In this document: positions 21,019 to 30,528 of the stretch, piece by piece
How positions within the stretch are numbered: the stretch's first letter is position 1
Layout: each line of letters opens with the position of its first letter
NCBI GenBank assembly: GCA_026989455.1
Contig: JALSJH010000019.1
Location: forward strand, 14,596 to 78,595
DNA: 64,000 nt
Direction: 5' to 3'
Origin: Chromatiales bacterium
GTDB taxonomy: Bacteria; Pseudomonadota; Gammaproteobacteria; RBG-16-57-12
The notes under the pieces: generated by a model
What the model saw: the letters and a program-made list of their open reading frames with translations, nothing else
Told to the model about the DNA's origin: nothing
Database searches by the model: none
Program-made: the position numbers and the translations under genes

Positions 21019-22389
21019 GTGGTGTCACAACGATCAATCCATGGACAATGGTCCTCGCGCTGGATGTTTATGCTGGCGGCTACCGGTTCGGCGGTGGGTC
21101 TGGGTAATATCTGGAAGTTTCCCTACATCACAGGTGAGAATGGTGGTGGGGCTTTTGTGCTGGTCTACCTACTCTGTATTGCCGCGATTGGTATTCCCAT
21201 TATGATGGCAGAAATCATGCTGGGTCGCCGTGGCCGGCAAAGCCCGGTTAATACCATGGCGCTGTTGGCAAAGGAGGCTGGCAGCCACAAACTATGGAAA
21301 TATCTTGGCTGGATGGGGGTGATTGCCGGATTTTTAATTCTTTCGTATTACAGCGTGATTGCTGGCTGGGCAACAGCCTATGTATTTCGTGCTGCCAGCG
21401 GGGTTTTTGTCGGTCAGACCGCAGATGGTATTGGCAACCTGTTTAATGACTTGATCTCTGACCCGGAAAAACTGCTCGCATGGCACACTATTTTTATCGT
21501 TTCGACCATGTTAGTGGTGTCGCGTGGTGTCGCCCATGGCCTAGAAAAAGCGGTGCGCTTTTTAATGCCGTCGCTCTTCATACTGCTACTCATTATGGTG
21601 GGGTATGCGATTAATAGCGGTGCGTTTAGTGAGGCGGTTAATTTTCTGTTCACCCCTAACTTTGATGCGCTCACCGCTCAAGGGGTGTTGATTGCCATGG
21701 GTCACGCCTTTTTCACCTTAAGCCTAGGCATGGGCGCGATTATGGTTTATGGCGCTTATCTTGATAAAGAGACCTCGCTGGCACAAGCTTCCATCGGTAT
21801 CGCCTTTGCGGATACCGCGGTTGCCTTGCTGGCAGGTCTGGCCATCTTTCCTATCGTTTTTGCCAGTGGCCTAGAGCCAGGTTCTGGCCCCGGTCTGATC
21901 TTCAATACCTTGCCCATCGCTTTTGGGCAGATGGTTGGTGGCACATTTTTTGGCACGCTATTTTTTGTTCTATTGGTTTTTGCCGCATGGAGCTCGGCGA
22001 TCTCCCTGATTGAGCCACTGGTAGCCTGGTTGGTTGAGAAGCGAGGTATGACCCGTGTAAGTGCTTCTGTCTGGAGTGGCTTGGCGGTGTGGCTGGTGGG
22101 TATCGGCACGGTACTCTCATTCAATAACTGGGCGGACAACAAGATTTATGGCATGACCTTTTTTGAGTTGGTGGATTTCTTGACCTCAAACGTCATGTTG
22201 CCACTGGGTGGATTGTTAATCGCACTCTTTGCCGGTTGGGTGATGAAGCGGGAGCACGCCAAAGATGAGCTGGCCATCGGCTCCACACTGTGGTTTCAAC
22301 TGTGGCTCTTCCTGGTACGTTTTGTCACACCGACTTGTGTGATTATTGTCTTTCTGAATGCCCTTGGCGTATTTGATTTGGCGGGGTAG
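21019..22389 (+). CDS. Sodium-dependent transporter, NSS/SNF family
   Basis: 456 aa. The NSS signature WSSRWMFMLAATGSAVGLGNIWKFPY, about 11-12 TM segments. GTG start with a GAGGAGAG SD. Confidence 0.85.
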   Translation: MVSQRSIHGQWSSRWMFMLAATGSAVGLGNIWKFPYITGENGGGAFVLVYLLCIAAIGIPIMMAEIMLGRRGRQSPVNTMALLAKEAGSHKLWKYLGWMGVIAGFLILSYYSVIAGWATAYVFRAASGVFVGQTADGIGNLFNDLISDPEKLLAWHTIFIVSTMLVVSRGVAHGLEKAVRFLMPSLFILLLIMVGYAINSGAFSEAVNFLFTPNFDALTAQGVLIAMGHAFFTLSLGMGAIMVYGAYLDKETSLAQASIGIAFADTAVALLAGLAIFPIVFASGLEPGSGPGLIFNTLPIAFGQMVGGTFFGTLFFVLLVFAAWSSAISLIEPLVAWLVEKRGMTRVSASVWSGLAVWLVGIGTVLSFNNWADNKIYGMTFFELVDFLTSNVMLPLGGLLIALFAGWVMKREHAKDELAIGSTLWFQLWLFLVRFVTPTCVIIVFLNALGVFDLAG

Positions 22390-22393
22390 TTGA

Positions 22394-22828
22394 GTGGCTT
22401 CAATCAGTCGTAATGCGTTGGTCCCTTACTCTGCCGCACAAATGTATCAACTGGTGGATGATATTGAGCACTATGATCAGTTTCTACCTTGGTGCGGTGG
22501 TACTACAGTCATCTCCCGTGATGAGGATGAGGTGCGAGCTCGCATCAGTATCTCTAAGGCGGGCTTCAACAAAAGCTTCGCTACCTGTAATCGCTTGCAG
22601 CGAAACAAGATGATTGAGATGAGGCTGCTAGAAGGCCCTTTTAAACACCTGGAGGGGTATTGGCGTTTTGATGTGCTGGCAGACGATGCCTGTAAAGTGA
22701 CGCTCGACTTGCAGTTTGAGTTTTCCAGTAAAATTATTGGCGCAACCTTTGGCCCCATTTTTGGTCAGATTGCCAGCGGCATGATGGATGCCTTTATGAA
22801 AAGAGCGAAGCAGGTTTATGGAAAATAA
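22394..22828 (+). CDS. ratA: Ribosome-association toxin RatA (SRPBCC/polyketide-cyclase fold, YfjG)
   Basis: 144 aa. ISRNALVPYSAAQMYQLVDDIEHYDQFLPWC aligns with E. coli RatA. GTG start. Confidence 0.85.
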   Translation: MASISRNALVPYSAAQMYQLVDDIEHYDQFLPWCGGTTVISRDEDEVRARISISKAGFNKSFATCNRLQRNKMIEMRLLEGPFKHLEGYWRFDVLADDACKVTLDLQFEFSSKIIGATFGPIFGQIASGMMDAFMKRAKQVYGK

Positions 22829-23141
22829 GCAGTTGATCAATGTAGAGGTCGCCTATGCACTGGCAGATAAACAGACGCTGATTCCTCTGGCGTTGGAAGA
22901 GGGGAGTACAGCGCAGCAGGCAATCGACTCTTCGGGGGTCTTGTCGCAATATCCGGAGATCGATCTGGCTAAAAACCGTATTGGTATCTTCGGCAAACTG
23001 TGTAAGTTAAATACGGTTTTGCGAGAGAAAGACCGGGTGGAGATTTATCGCCCGCTGATTGCAGACCCCAAGGCGGTAAGAAAAAAACGCGCTCAAGAGG
23101 GGAAGGCAATGCGTAAAGGCACCAACTCTACGGCTACTTGA
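22818..23141 (+). CDS. ratB: RnfH-family protein RatB (YfjF)
   Basis: 107 aa, VEVAYALADKQTLIPLALEEGSTAQQAI...RVEIYRPLIADPK, similar to E. coli RatB. Overlaps ratA by 11 nt. Confidence 0.8.
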   Translation: MENKQLINVEVAYALADKQTLIPLALEEGSTAQQAIDSSGVLSQYPEIDLAKNRIGIFGKLCKLNTVLREKDRVEIYRPLIADPKAVRKKRAQEGKAMRKGTNSTAT

Positions 23142-23146
23142 TTGAA

Positions 23147-23488
23147 CTACTCGATTTTCCCGCTGCGCTCTTTTGGCGGCGTGTAGCCACTCTTGTCGAT
23201 AGCGCTCAATACCCCTTCCGCATCAAAATATAGTATCAAATGGCTGGTCTCGGTCTGCTTATCTTTTTCACGATAAGTGTAGGTGTAGTCCCAGCGATTA
23301 GCATGGAAAGGGTCTGTGATGGGGGGTGAGCCGAGCAGAAAACGAACCCGCTCCTGACTCATTCCCACATGCAGCTGTGCGAGCACTTCAGGGGTGATGA
23401 CATTGCCTTGCTGAACATCCAATTTATGCAGGCTACAGCCCATTAACAGCGCCTGGCTAATGCAAATAATAATGAGAAGTTTTTTCAT
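23147..23488 (-). CDS. bamE: Outer-membrane protein assembly factor BamE (SmpA/OmlA)
   Basis: 113 aa lipoprotein (LLMGCSLHKLDVQQGNVITPEVLAQLHVGMSQERVRFLLGSP). Conserved position opposite ratAB. Confidence 0.85.
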   Translation of the reverse strand: MKKLLIIICISQALLMGCSLHKLDVQQGNVITPEVLAQLHVGMSQERVRFLLGSPPITDPFHANRWDYTYTYREKDKQTETSHLILYFDAEGVLSAIDKSGYTPPKERSGKIE

Positions 23489-23590
23489 TGCTTGTGTAAG
23501 ATAACCGGTTGTTGGCTGAGTTAAATAATTGAGCGAGCATCATACCCCAAGCGCCGGGCAATAGCACGCCACTCAATTTAGAGGTGCGAT

Positions 23591-24007
23591 ATGAGTAAAA
23601 TTGATCTAAAAAAAATGGGTTTGAAAGTGACCCTGCCGCGCCTGAAAATACTTGCTATTCTTGAGGGTAATCAGGGTGAACACTTCAGCGCAGAGGATGT
23701 GTATAAGGCGCTGCTTGAAAGCGGTGAAGATGTTGGCTTAGCAACCGTTTATCGAGTGCTTACACAATTTGAGCAGGCGGATATACTTAATCGTCACCAC
23801 TTTGGTGAAGGGCATTCAGTATTTGAGCTGAACCAGGGCGAGCATCATGACCATATTCTTTGTGTAAAGTGTGGTGAGGTGAATGAGTTTTCAGATGATG
23901 TTATTGAAGCACGACAAGAAGCCATTGCTAAAAAAATGGGTTTCGAAATAACCCACCACAGCCTTTATCTTTATGGAATCTGTCCTGAATGCCAGAAGAA
24001 AAAATAG
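23591..24007 (+). CDS. fur: Ferric uptake regulator Fur
   Basis: 138 aa. LKVTLPRLKILAIL, HHDHILCVKCG, CPECQ: canonical Fur. Confidence 0.92.
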   Translation: MSKIDLKKMGLKVTLPRLKILAILEGNQGEHFSAEDVYKALLESGEDVGLATVYRVLTQFEQADILNRHHFGEGHSVFELNQGEHHDHILCVKCGEVNEFSDDVIEARQEAIAKKMGFEITHHSLYLYGICPECQKKK

Positions 24008-24048
24008 ATCGAGAATTATTTAGCTATCGAGTTGATGGGTGAAAAGCT

Positions 24049-24486
24049 ATGAGTGATGTTTTACATATTGTTTGTCCGCACTGTCATGCGACTAATCGGA
24101 TTCCAGTGAGTCGCGTAGGTGATAGCCCTCAGTGTGGAAAATGCCATCAAGCACTTTTTAGTGGCCGCTCTGTGGCATTGAGTGCGGCAACATTTGCGAC
24201 CCATGTCGGGCGTAATGATATTCCGGTGCTGGTGGATTTTTGGGCTCCCTGGTGCGGCCCTTGCAAATCGATGGCCCCAGCTTTTGAGCAGGCAGCGGGG
24301 CAGTTGGAACCCCAAGTACGCTTGGCCAAAGTGGATACGGAAGCTGAGCAGCTTCTCGCTACTCAGTATGGCATTCGCAGTATTCCCACCCTGGTGCTGT
24401 TGAAGGGTGGAAAAGAGATTGCCCGCCAGCCGGGTGCCATGAGTGCCGGTGATATCGTCGGCTGGGTGCGTTCGCATCTGCCGTGA
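24049..24486 (+). CDS. trxC: Thioredoxin 2 (zinc-finger N-terminus + WCGPC)
   Basis: 145 aa. N-terminal CPHC...CGKC zinc finger and active site WAPWCGPCK, like E. coli TrxC. Confidence 0.85.
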   Translation: MSDVLHIVCPHCHATNRIPVSRVGDSPQCGKCHQALFSGRSVALSAATFATHVGRNDIPVLVDFWAPWCGPCKSMAPAFEQAAGQLEPQVRLAKVDTEAEQLLATQYGIRSIPTLVLLKGGKEIARQPGAMSAGDIVGWVRSHLP

Positions 24487-24501
24487 TTTGCGCTTGATAT
24501 G

Positions 24502-24726
24502 CTAGTAGTGGGGCGGCGGACTCTCTTCGCTTTGTGCTGCAATATTGGATGATGCCAGGTTTTTGAGCATATGGCGTAGGGTGTGGGTTTCACGCAAGAG
24601 TGTGCTGATGGTCTGTGACTGTTCGGCGACAATATCATTTAACTGGTGTAATAGGTCATCCTGAAATGCCTGCTTAGTCTCTAACTCAATAATACGGTCT
24701 TCTAAGCCACTCTCCTCTCGAACCAT
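24502..24726 (-). CDS. slyX: SlyX family protein
   Basis: 74 aa coiled-coil. C-terminal ...AAQSEESPPPHY matches SlyX (...ETPPPHY). Overlaps the rlmL stop by 1 nt. Confidence 0.75.
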   Translation of the reverse strand: MVREESGLEDRIIELETKQAFQDDLLHQLNDIVAEQSQTISTLLRETHTLRHMLKNLASSNIAAQSEESPPPHY

Positions 24727-26876
24727 TATTTTTCTCCCTTGCGGGTGATGCGCCAGCAGTTATGAATTTTTTGGTTGCGCTTGAAGTCTTCAGGAATGGT
24801 TTGAGCGCTGATGTCGACAATCTCCAATGTGGGGAGTGCATCATGATCCATTTTGAATTTACGATTGTTGTTTGAAAATATCAGAGTGCCGTCATCACTC
24901 AATAATTGGCTTACTTCATTGAGCAGTGCCGCGTGGTCACGCAGCACATCGAAGGTCTGCTCCATGCGCTTTGAGTTGGAAAATGAGGGGGGGTCGAGAA
25001 AAATCAGGTCATATTGAGTGCCTTGTTTTAGCGCCTGCTTGATCCACTCAAGGCAGTCAGCCTTGAGCAGGTGGTGCTCTGTTCCGGTGAAGCCATTCAG
25101 CTCCATATTGCGTTGCGCCCATGTGATGTAGGTGTTGGACATGTCAATGGTGCGTGTTTCGCGGGCACCACCAGCCGCCGCATATAAGGTGGCGACACCG
25201 GTGTAGGCAAACAGGTTAAGAAAGCGTTTTCCTCTGCTCATTTCACCGATCATGCGGCGAGTGAGGCGGTGATCAAGAAAAAGCCCGCTATCCAGGTAGT
25301 CGCTTAGATTGACTAGGCACTTGATCGGCCCTTCGCTGACCGTGTGGAACTGCTCTTTCTGATCATAGCGTTCATACTGGCTGCTCCCTTTCTGTTTACG
25401 GCGCTGCTTGAGAAAGAGCTGGGAGTTATTGATTTCGAGCACCTCTTTAATGCTGTGCAGCGCATCCCGCAGGCGTTGTGCGGCTTTGGCCGGATCGATG
25501 GTGGCGGGTGCTTGATACTCCTGAACATTTACCCAAAGTTTATCGCCTTGGTAGAGGTCGATGGCGAGTGCATATTCTGGCAGGTCGGCATCGTAGAGCC
25601 GATAGCAGCTAATCTCTTCGCGGCGCAGCCAGTTTGCCAAACGTCGGCGGTTCTTTTTTAAACGGTTAGCCAGCATCGGTGCGCCTTCACTTTCACCATC
25701 CAAAGCTTTGCTTAACTCACTCTTTCTCGCGCCATAGCAGAGCAACACACACTGTAGAGTACCGTTAAAAAGCGTCTGTTTTGTCTCAGGATAGAGCCCG
25801 GTATAGCTGGCCATTTTGGGCAGGCCGGTAAAGATGGCGCTATGCCAGTCTGAGAAGGCTTTGTTGAGGGTGCTACCCAGCTGGCGATAGAGCTGGGAAA
25901 GATCTTTATTGCCGCCTAGGCGCTCACCGTAAGGGGGGTTGGCGACTACCAGGCCGGGAGGCAGCTCTGCCGGTGTTGCTTGGGTGATGTCTGCGGCCGC
26001 GATGCTGATTTGGTCCTGGAGTCCGGCACGTTCGATATTGGCTCGCGCAATGCTGATCATTTTTCCATCAATATCAAAGCCTTGAATGGCGGGTAGTTTG
26101 GCAAGGCCCCGATCACGGCGTTGCTCTGCCTCCATAAGCAATGAGGCCCATAAAATAGGGTCGTGCTGTTTCCAGAATGTGAAGCCGAAGTGGCTGCGTA
26201 GCAGGCCGGGTGCAATATCAGCCGCCATCATAGCGCCCTCTATTAAGAGAGTGGCGGAGCCGCACATCGGGTCTACCAGTGAGCCACCTTTTTCTGCAAT
26301 GGCAGGCCAGCCCGCCGAGAGAAGAATGGCCGCGGCCAAGTTCTCTTTAAGTGGAGCACCCCCACCCTCTAAGCGGTAGCCGCGACGGTGCAGGCTGTCA
26401 CCGGAGAGGTCGATGCTGAGGCGGCAGATGTTTTTTGCCAGATAACAGTTGATGCGCAGGTCAGGGTATTCGGTATCAACTGAGGGGCGTAAATCATACT
26501 TGTCACGGAATTGATCAACGACCGCATCTTTTACTTTAAGTGCGGCATAGTGGCTATGGTTGATCTTGGAGCGACTAATATTGAAATCGACCGCCAGGGT
26601 GCCTTCGGGTGACATCTGTTTAGACCAGTCGGTTCGCTGTATCCCATCGTAAAGCGCTTCGGGTGTTTTGGCTTCGAAGCTGGGGAGCGAGAGCAGAACA
26701 CGGTTGGCAACGCGGGACCAGAGGCAGAGTTTGTAAGCCGTCTCGAGGGTGCCAGTGAACTCAACACCTGCCCGAACCGGATTCATATGGAAGCCACCTA
26801 GCTGTTTGATCTCATCGGCGAGTAGTTGCTCCATCCCCTTGGGTGTGGATGCAAACAGTTTCAGATCTTCTGGCAT
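24726..26876 (-). CDS. rlmL: Bifunctional 23S rRNA m2G2445/m7G2069 methyltransferase RlmKL
   Basis: 716 aa. THUMP plus two SAM-MTase domains (VANPPYGERLG, DPPSFSNSK). N-terminus MPEDLKLFASTPKGMEQLLADE is typical of RlmL. Confidence 0.9.
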   Translation of the reverse strand: MPEDLKLFASTPKGMEQLLADEIKQLGGFHMNPVRAGVEFTGTLETAYKLCLWSRVANRVLLSLPSFEAKTPEALYDGIQRTDWSKQMSPEGTLAVDFNISRSKINHSHYAALKVKDAVVDQFRDKYDLRPSVDTEYPDLRINCYLAKNICRLSIDLSGDSLHRRGYRLEGGGAPLKENLAAAILLSAGWPAIAEKGGSLVDPMCGSATLLIEGAMMAADIAPGLLRSHFGFTFWKQHDPILWASLLMEAEQRRDRGLAKLPAIQGFDIDGKMISIARANIERAGLQDQISIAAADITQATPAELPPGLVVANPPYGERLGGNKDLSQLYRQLGSTLNKAFSDWHSAIFTGLPKMASYTGLYPETKQTLFNGTLQCVLLCYGARKSELSKALDGESEGAPMLANRLKKNRRRLANWLRREEISCYRLYDADLPEYALAIDLYQGDKLWVNVQEYQAPATIDPAKAAQRLRDALHSIKEVLEINNSQLFLKQRRKQKGSSQYERYDQKEQFHTVSEGPIKCLVNLSDYLDSGLFLDHRLTRRMIGEMSRGKRFLNLFAYTGVATLYAAAGGARETRTIDMSNTYITWAQRNMELNGFTGTEHHLLKADCLEWIKQALKQGTQYDLIFLDPPSFSNSKRMEQTFDVLRDHAALLNEVSQLLSDDGTLIFSNNNRKFKMDHDALPTLEIVDISAQTIPEDFKRNQKIHNCWRITRKGEK

Positions 26877-27050
26877 AATGATGGTCCGGTCAAAAGGGGG
26901 ATTTTAGCACGCAAACATGCGACCTACAGCAAGTTTAACTCCGCTGAGGATGCCGTGAAATATCACAGAGCCGCCCCTTTTGTGTGAAAACAGCTCGATG
27001 TAAGGTGAAATGTAAGCGCACGGTATCGTTGCAAAACAGCTTGCTTTAGG

Positions 27051-27132
27051 GGTTTCTGATTAACTCTGGATGAATTTAGACTGAGGGCGACTTCAGCCAG
27101 CATAAAGCACTCATGGCTTGACCGGAGCCTCC
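27051..27132 (-). repeat. Miniature inverted-repeat element, short form, copy 1 (inverted orientation)
   Basis: GGTTTCTGATTAACTCTGGATGAAT...ACTCATGGCTTGACCGGAGCCTCC. Terminal repeats and core match the other six copies. Lies between the rlmL start and the tRNA promoter. Confidence 0.7.
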
Positions 27133-27188
27133 CCTAGGGCGGTTTTATCGACAGAGCGGCATCGGTTCTGCCAGGTGTTTTTAAACGG

Positions 27189-27216
27189 TTGACAACAATA
27201 ATCCCAGCTATATAAT
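27189..27216 (+). promoter_or_regulatory. Near-consensus sigma70 promoter for the tRNA operon (TTGACA-N16-TATAAT)
   Basis: TTGACA at 27189-27194 and TATAAT at 27211-27216. tRNA-Gly starts 15 nt downstream of the -10. Confidence 0.65.
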
Positions 27217-27230
27217 ACGCAGCAAATCAG

Positions 27231-27306
<76 letters not shown>

Positions 27307-27371
27307 TTTTTTTGTCTTTGAGTATTATATAGCGTAACTGCGGACTTAAAGAGATGTTTCACATAGTTTAC

Positions 27372-27445
27372 GGCTGGGTAGCAAAGTGGTTATGCTGCGG
27401 ATTGCAAATCCGCCGACGGCGGTTCGATTCCGCCCTCAGCCTCCA
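27372..27445 (+). tRNA. cysT: tRNA-Cys (GCA)
   Basis: GGCTGGGTAGCAAAGTGGTTATGCTGCGGATTGCAAATCCGCCGACGGCGGTTCGATTCCGCCCTCAGCCTCCA; anticodon GCA. Confidence 0.95.
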
Positions 27446-27491
27446 TTTTATCCCCTTATAAATGACCTTACTGATTAATCAATGCCCCTCT

Positions 27492-27578
27492 GCCCGGGTG
27501 GCGAAATTGGTAGACGCAAGGGACTTAAAATCCCTCGGTGGAAACACCGTGCCGGTTCGATTCCGGCCCCGGGCACCA
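27492..27578 (+). tRNA. leuZ: tRNA-Leu (TAA)
   Basis: GCCCGGGTGGCGAAATTGGTAGACGCAAGGGACTTAAAATCCC...long variable arm...GGTTCGATTCCGGCCCCGGGCACCA; anticodon TAA. Order gly-cys-leu as in E. coli glyW–cysT–leuZ. Confidence 0.95.
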
Positions 27579-27660
27579 ATTTTCAGTTACTGTTCTCAGC
27601 TATTTCAAGCAGAACAGTCAATACTCCTACCGCAATATCTTGGTCACCTCGCTCCACTGA

Positions 27661-27806
27661 GGAAGCCCTGAGCCAACCATGAATGTTTTTTGCTGGCTGA
27701 AATTGCCCTCATTTATCCGAAAAATTTCACCCATAGAATAACTATTGCTGCGCATTTTGGCGCAAATAAAAATAATATCCGCTTACCCTAAATCTAATCA
27801 GACTCA
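27661..27806 (+). repeat. Miniature inverted-repeat element, long form, copy 2 (forward; degenerate right end)
   Basis: GGAAGCCCTGAGCCAACCATGAATGTTTTTTGCTGGCTGAAATTGCCCTCATTTATCCGAAAAATTTCACCCATAGAATAACTATTGCTGCGCATTTTGG... Nearly collinear with the reverse complement of copy 3. Confidence 0.7.
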
Positions 27807-27888
27807 TTTATAGATTCCTTGATAACATGATGGTATGGAGCCGTTATTCGTCTATCCATTCATGCAACGATTTTTGTAAGCGGGGAGT

Positions 27889-29469
27889 TTGTTGGTGGTT
27901 GAGTCTGTGGTGTGGGGTGCGTTATTTCTGGCGTTAATTACCGGTGCGATGCTGGGTGCTTGGTTGGTGTGGCGCAAGATGAGCGTGGCGGCTAAGCAGC
28001 AGCAGTCGGACGCGTCACAACAGCAGTCTGCTCGATTGGCTGAGGTGCAGGGTGAGCTTCAGCAGCGGCAGACTGCGTGGGCGGTGGCTGATGAGCGGGT
28101 TGTCAGCATGGAGAAACAGTTGCAGCAGGAGCTGGAAGAGCGGCGTTTGTCTCAGCAGCAGTTGCACGAGGTGCGAGAGGCGTTGAGTGAGGCGCGCCAG
28201 CAGTTGGAAGGTGCGCGTCGTGCCGAGCAGGCGTTGGTTGAACAGTCTCAGCAACTTAAGCAGCAACAGCTTGAGCTGCGCCAGCAACTGGATGAGATGC
28301 AGCAGCATAACAGCACACTGCGGGCTGAAAATACCGAGTTGCATACTCGCCAGCAGGAGAAAGAGCTCCATTATGCCTCACAGGTTGCACAGTTTGAGCA
28401 GCAGAAGCTTGAGCTTAGTCGCGAGTTTGAAAACCTGGCCAATCGTATTTTTGAGGCTAAAGGGAAGTCATTCTCTGAGAACAGTCGGCAATCGTTGGAT
28501 GATCTGCTTAAGCCATTTCGTCAACAGATTGTCGATTTTCGACAAAAAATAGAAGAGATTCATCATAAAGAGACCGAGCAGCAAGCGCAGTTGCGTAGTG
28601 AGCTGGGTTATCTAAAAGAGCTTAACAAGCAGATTACCGAGGAGGCTCATCAGCTGGCGACGGCACTTAAGGGGCAAAAGAAGAGCCAAGGGAATTGGGG
28701 TGAGTTGATTCTGGAGAATGTGCTGGATCGCTCTGGCTTGGTGATTGATAAAGATTATAAACGTGAGGTGAGCTTTAATACGGAAAGTGGCCGACAGCGC
28801 CCGGATGTTATTGTCTACTTGCCTGAAGATAAACATTTGATTGTTGATGCAAAAGTTTCATTGAACGCCTACACCCGCTATGTAAATAGTGAGAGTGAGG
28901 TTGAATCTCAGCAGGCGATGAAGGAGCATGTTGCAGCTATTTCTGATCGCATTAAAGAGCTATCTGACCGCCACTATTTTGAGCTGCCGGGTTTGAACTC
29001 GCCGGAAATGGTGTTTATGTTTATTCCAATTGAGTCCGCTTTTGTTGAGGCGCTGCGAGCGGATGAGACTCTATTCCAGAAAGCGCTAGAGCAGAATGTG
29101 CTGGTGGCCACGCCGACCACGCTGCTGACCAGTTTGAATATTGTTCGTCAGCTGTGGCGCTTTGAGGATCAAAACCGTCACACGGCTGAGTTGGCTGAGA
29201 AGGCGGGCAGAATGTACGACAAGTTCAATACCTTTTTGGGTTCGATGGAGAAGGTGGGGCGCTCGCTGGATAGTGCTAAAGATAGTTATGAGAAGGCGTT
29301 CGGCCAGCTCTACAGTGGTCGAGGTAACCTGATTAAGCAGGCTAACGACTTTAAGAAGTTGGGTGTCTCTGTTAAGGCCGAGTTGCCGGCGCTGTTGGTG
29401 GAGCGTGCAGAACTTGAGTTGGATCATTCGGCTGTTGATGTTGCGGATGAGACCGAAAAAAAAATATAG
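27889..29469 (+). CDS. rmuC: DNA recombination protein RmuC
   Basis: 526 aa. N-terminal TM, a long Q-rich coiled coil, then the RmuC domain (KGQKKSQGNWGELILENVLDRSGL, RPDVIVYLPEDKHLIVDAK). Aligns with E. coli RmuC. The start could be TTG 27889 or GTG 27895. Confidence 0.85.
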   Translation: MLVVESVVWGALFLALITGAMLGAWLVWRKMSVAAKQQQSDASQQQSARLAEVQGELQQRQTAWAVADERVVSMEKQLQQELEERRLSQQQLHEVREALSEARQQLEGARRAEQALVEQSQQLKQQQLELRQQLDEMQQHNSTLRAENTELHTRQQEKELHYASQVAQFEQQKLELSREFENLANRIFEAKGKSFSENSRQSLDDLLKPFRQQIVDFRQKIEEIHHKETEQQAQLRSELGYLKELNKQITEEAHQLATALKGQKKSQGNWGELILENVLDRSGLVIDKDYKREVSFNTESGRQRPDVIVYLPEDKHLIVDAKVSLNAYTRYVNSESEVESQQAMKEHVAAISDRIKELSDRHYFELPGLNSPEMVFMFIPIESAFVEALRADETLFQKALEQNVLVATPTTLLTSLNIVRQLWRFEDQNRHTAELAEKAGRMYDKFNTFLGSMEKVGRSLDSAKDSYEKAFGQLYSGRGNLIKQANDFKKLGVSVKAELPALLVERAELELDHSAVDVADETEKKI

Positions 29470-29550
29470 CGTAATGGTTTCCGTAGCCGTACCTGCTGGC
29501 TTTTCTCTGGCATAATACCCCGCATCTTCTTCCTATAAAATACAGACAGC

Positions 29551-30339
29551 ATGACAACAGAGAGTTATCAGCGCCGCTTTGGTGGTGTGCAGCGGCTATA
29601 TGGTGACGCGGGGCTTGAGATTCTCTCTCAGGCGCGTTTTTGTGTGGTTGGTATTGGAGGTGTTGGCTCTTGGGTTGCGGAGGCTTTGGCGCGGAGCGGA
29701 GTCGGTAGTATGACGCTGATCGATTTTGATGAGATATGCGAAACCAATATTAACCGCCAACTGCCCGCATTGAGTAATACCCTCAATCAAAAAAAATGCC
29801 AGGTGATGGCGGAGCGAATTGCCCTCATCAATGCGGATTGTCAGCTTGAGGTGATTGATGACTTTATCACCTTAAAGACATATCAAACATATCTTGATGG
29901 TGATTTTGACTATGTGATTGATGCGATTGATAGCATTAAATTTAAAGCGCTGATGATCAACTATTGTAAGCGTAATAAAATCCCGATTATTGTGACCGGT
30001 GGTGCGGGTGGTATGACCGATCCGACCCAAATTCAGGTGCAGGATCTGAGCCGTACCTTTAACGATCCGTTGATTGCCAAGGTGCGCTCACAATTGCGAA
30101 AAGAGTTCGGTTTTAGCAAAAACAGTAAGCGTAAATTTGGCATTGATTGTGTTTTTTCATCCCAACAGCCGGTCTATCCAAAAAAAGATGGTACGGTGGG
30201 CTATGAAAAACCGGGTATTCACGGGGTCTCACTGGATTGCCGTTTTGGTTACGGAGCGGCCAGTTTTATCACTGCCAGTTTTGGTTTTATGGCCGCAGGC
30301 CATGCGATAAATCGATTGATTAAGAGAAAATCTCTGTAA
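29551..30339 (+). CDS. tcdA: tRNA threonylcarbamoyladenosine dehydratase TcdA (CsdL; ThiF/MoeB fold)
   Basis: 262 aa. RFGGVQRLYG..., the nucleotide loop VVGIGGVGSWVAEALARSGVG and the MTLIDFDEICETNINRQ motif. Confidence 0.85.
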   Translation: MTTESYQRRFGGVQRLYGDAGLEILSQARFCVVGIGGVGSWVAEALARSGVGSMTLIDFDEICETNINRQLPALSNTLNQKKCQVMAERIALINADCQLEVIDDFITLKTYQTYLDGDFDYVIDAIDSIKFKALMINYCKRNKIPIIVTGGAGGMTDPTQIQVQDLSRTFNDPLIAKVRSQLRKEFGFSKNSKRKFGIDCVFSSQQPVYPKKDGTVGYEKPGIHGVSLDCRFGYGAASFITASFGFMAAGHAINRLIKRKSL

Positions 30340-30345
30340 ACATAA

Positions 30346-30503
30346 GGAGGCTCTGATTAAGTCTGGATGAATTTAGGCTGAGAGGAAATTGTTCTCATTT
30401 ATTCCGAAATGCGCAGCAATAGTCGCTCTATTGGTGTGGTTTTCGGGATAAATGAGGGCGATTTCAGCCAGCATAAAACATTCATGACTTGATCAGAGCT
30501 TCC
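30346..30503 (-). repeat. Miniature inverted-repeat element, long form, copy 3 (inverted; best-preserved, both terminal repeats intact)
   Basis: GGAGGCTCTGATTAAGTCTGGATGAAT ... ATTCATGACTTGATCAGAGCTTCC, 158 bp. Terminal repeats are mutual reverse complements over about 24 bp. Starts 7 nt after the tcdA TAA stop. Confidence 0.75.
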
Positions 30504-30528
30504 ATAAGCAGCTTTAAGGAGTGGTGAA

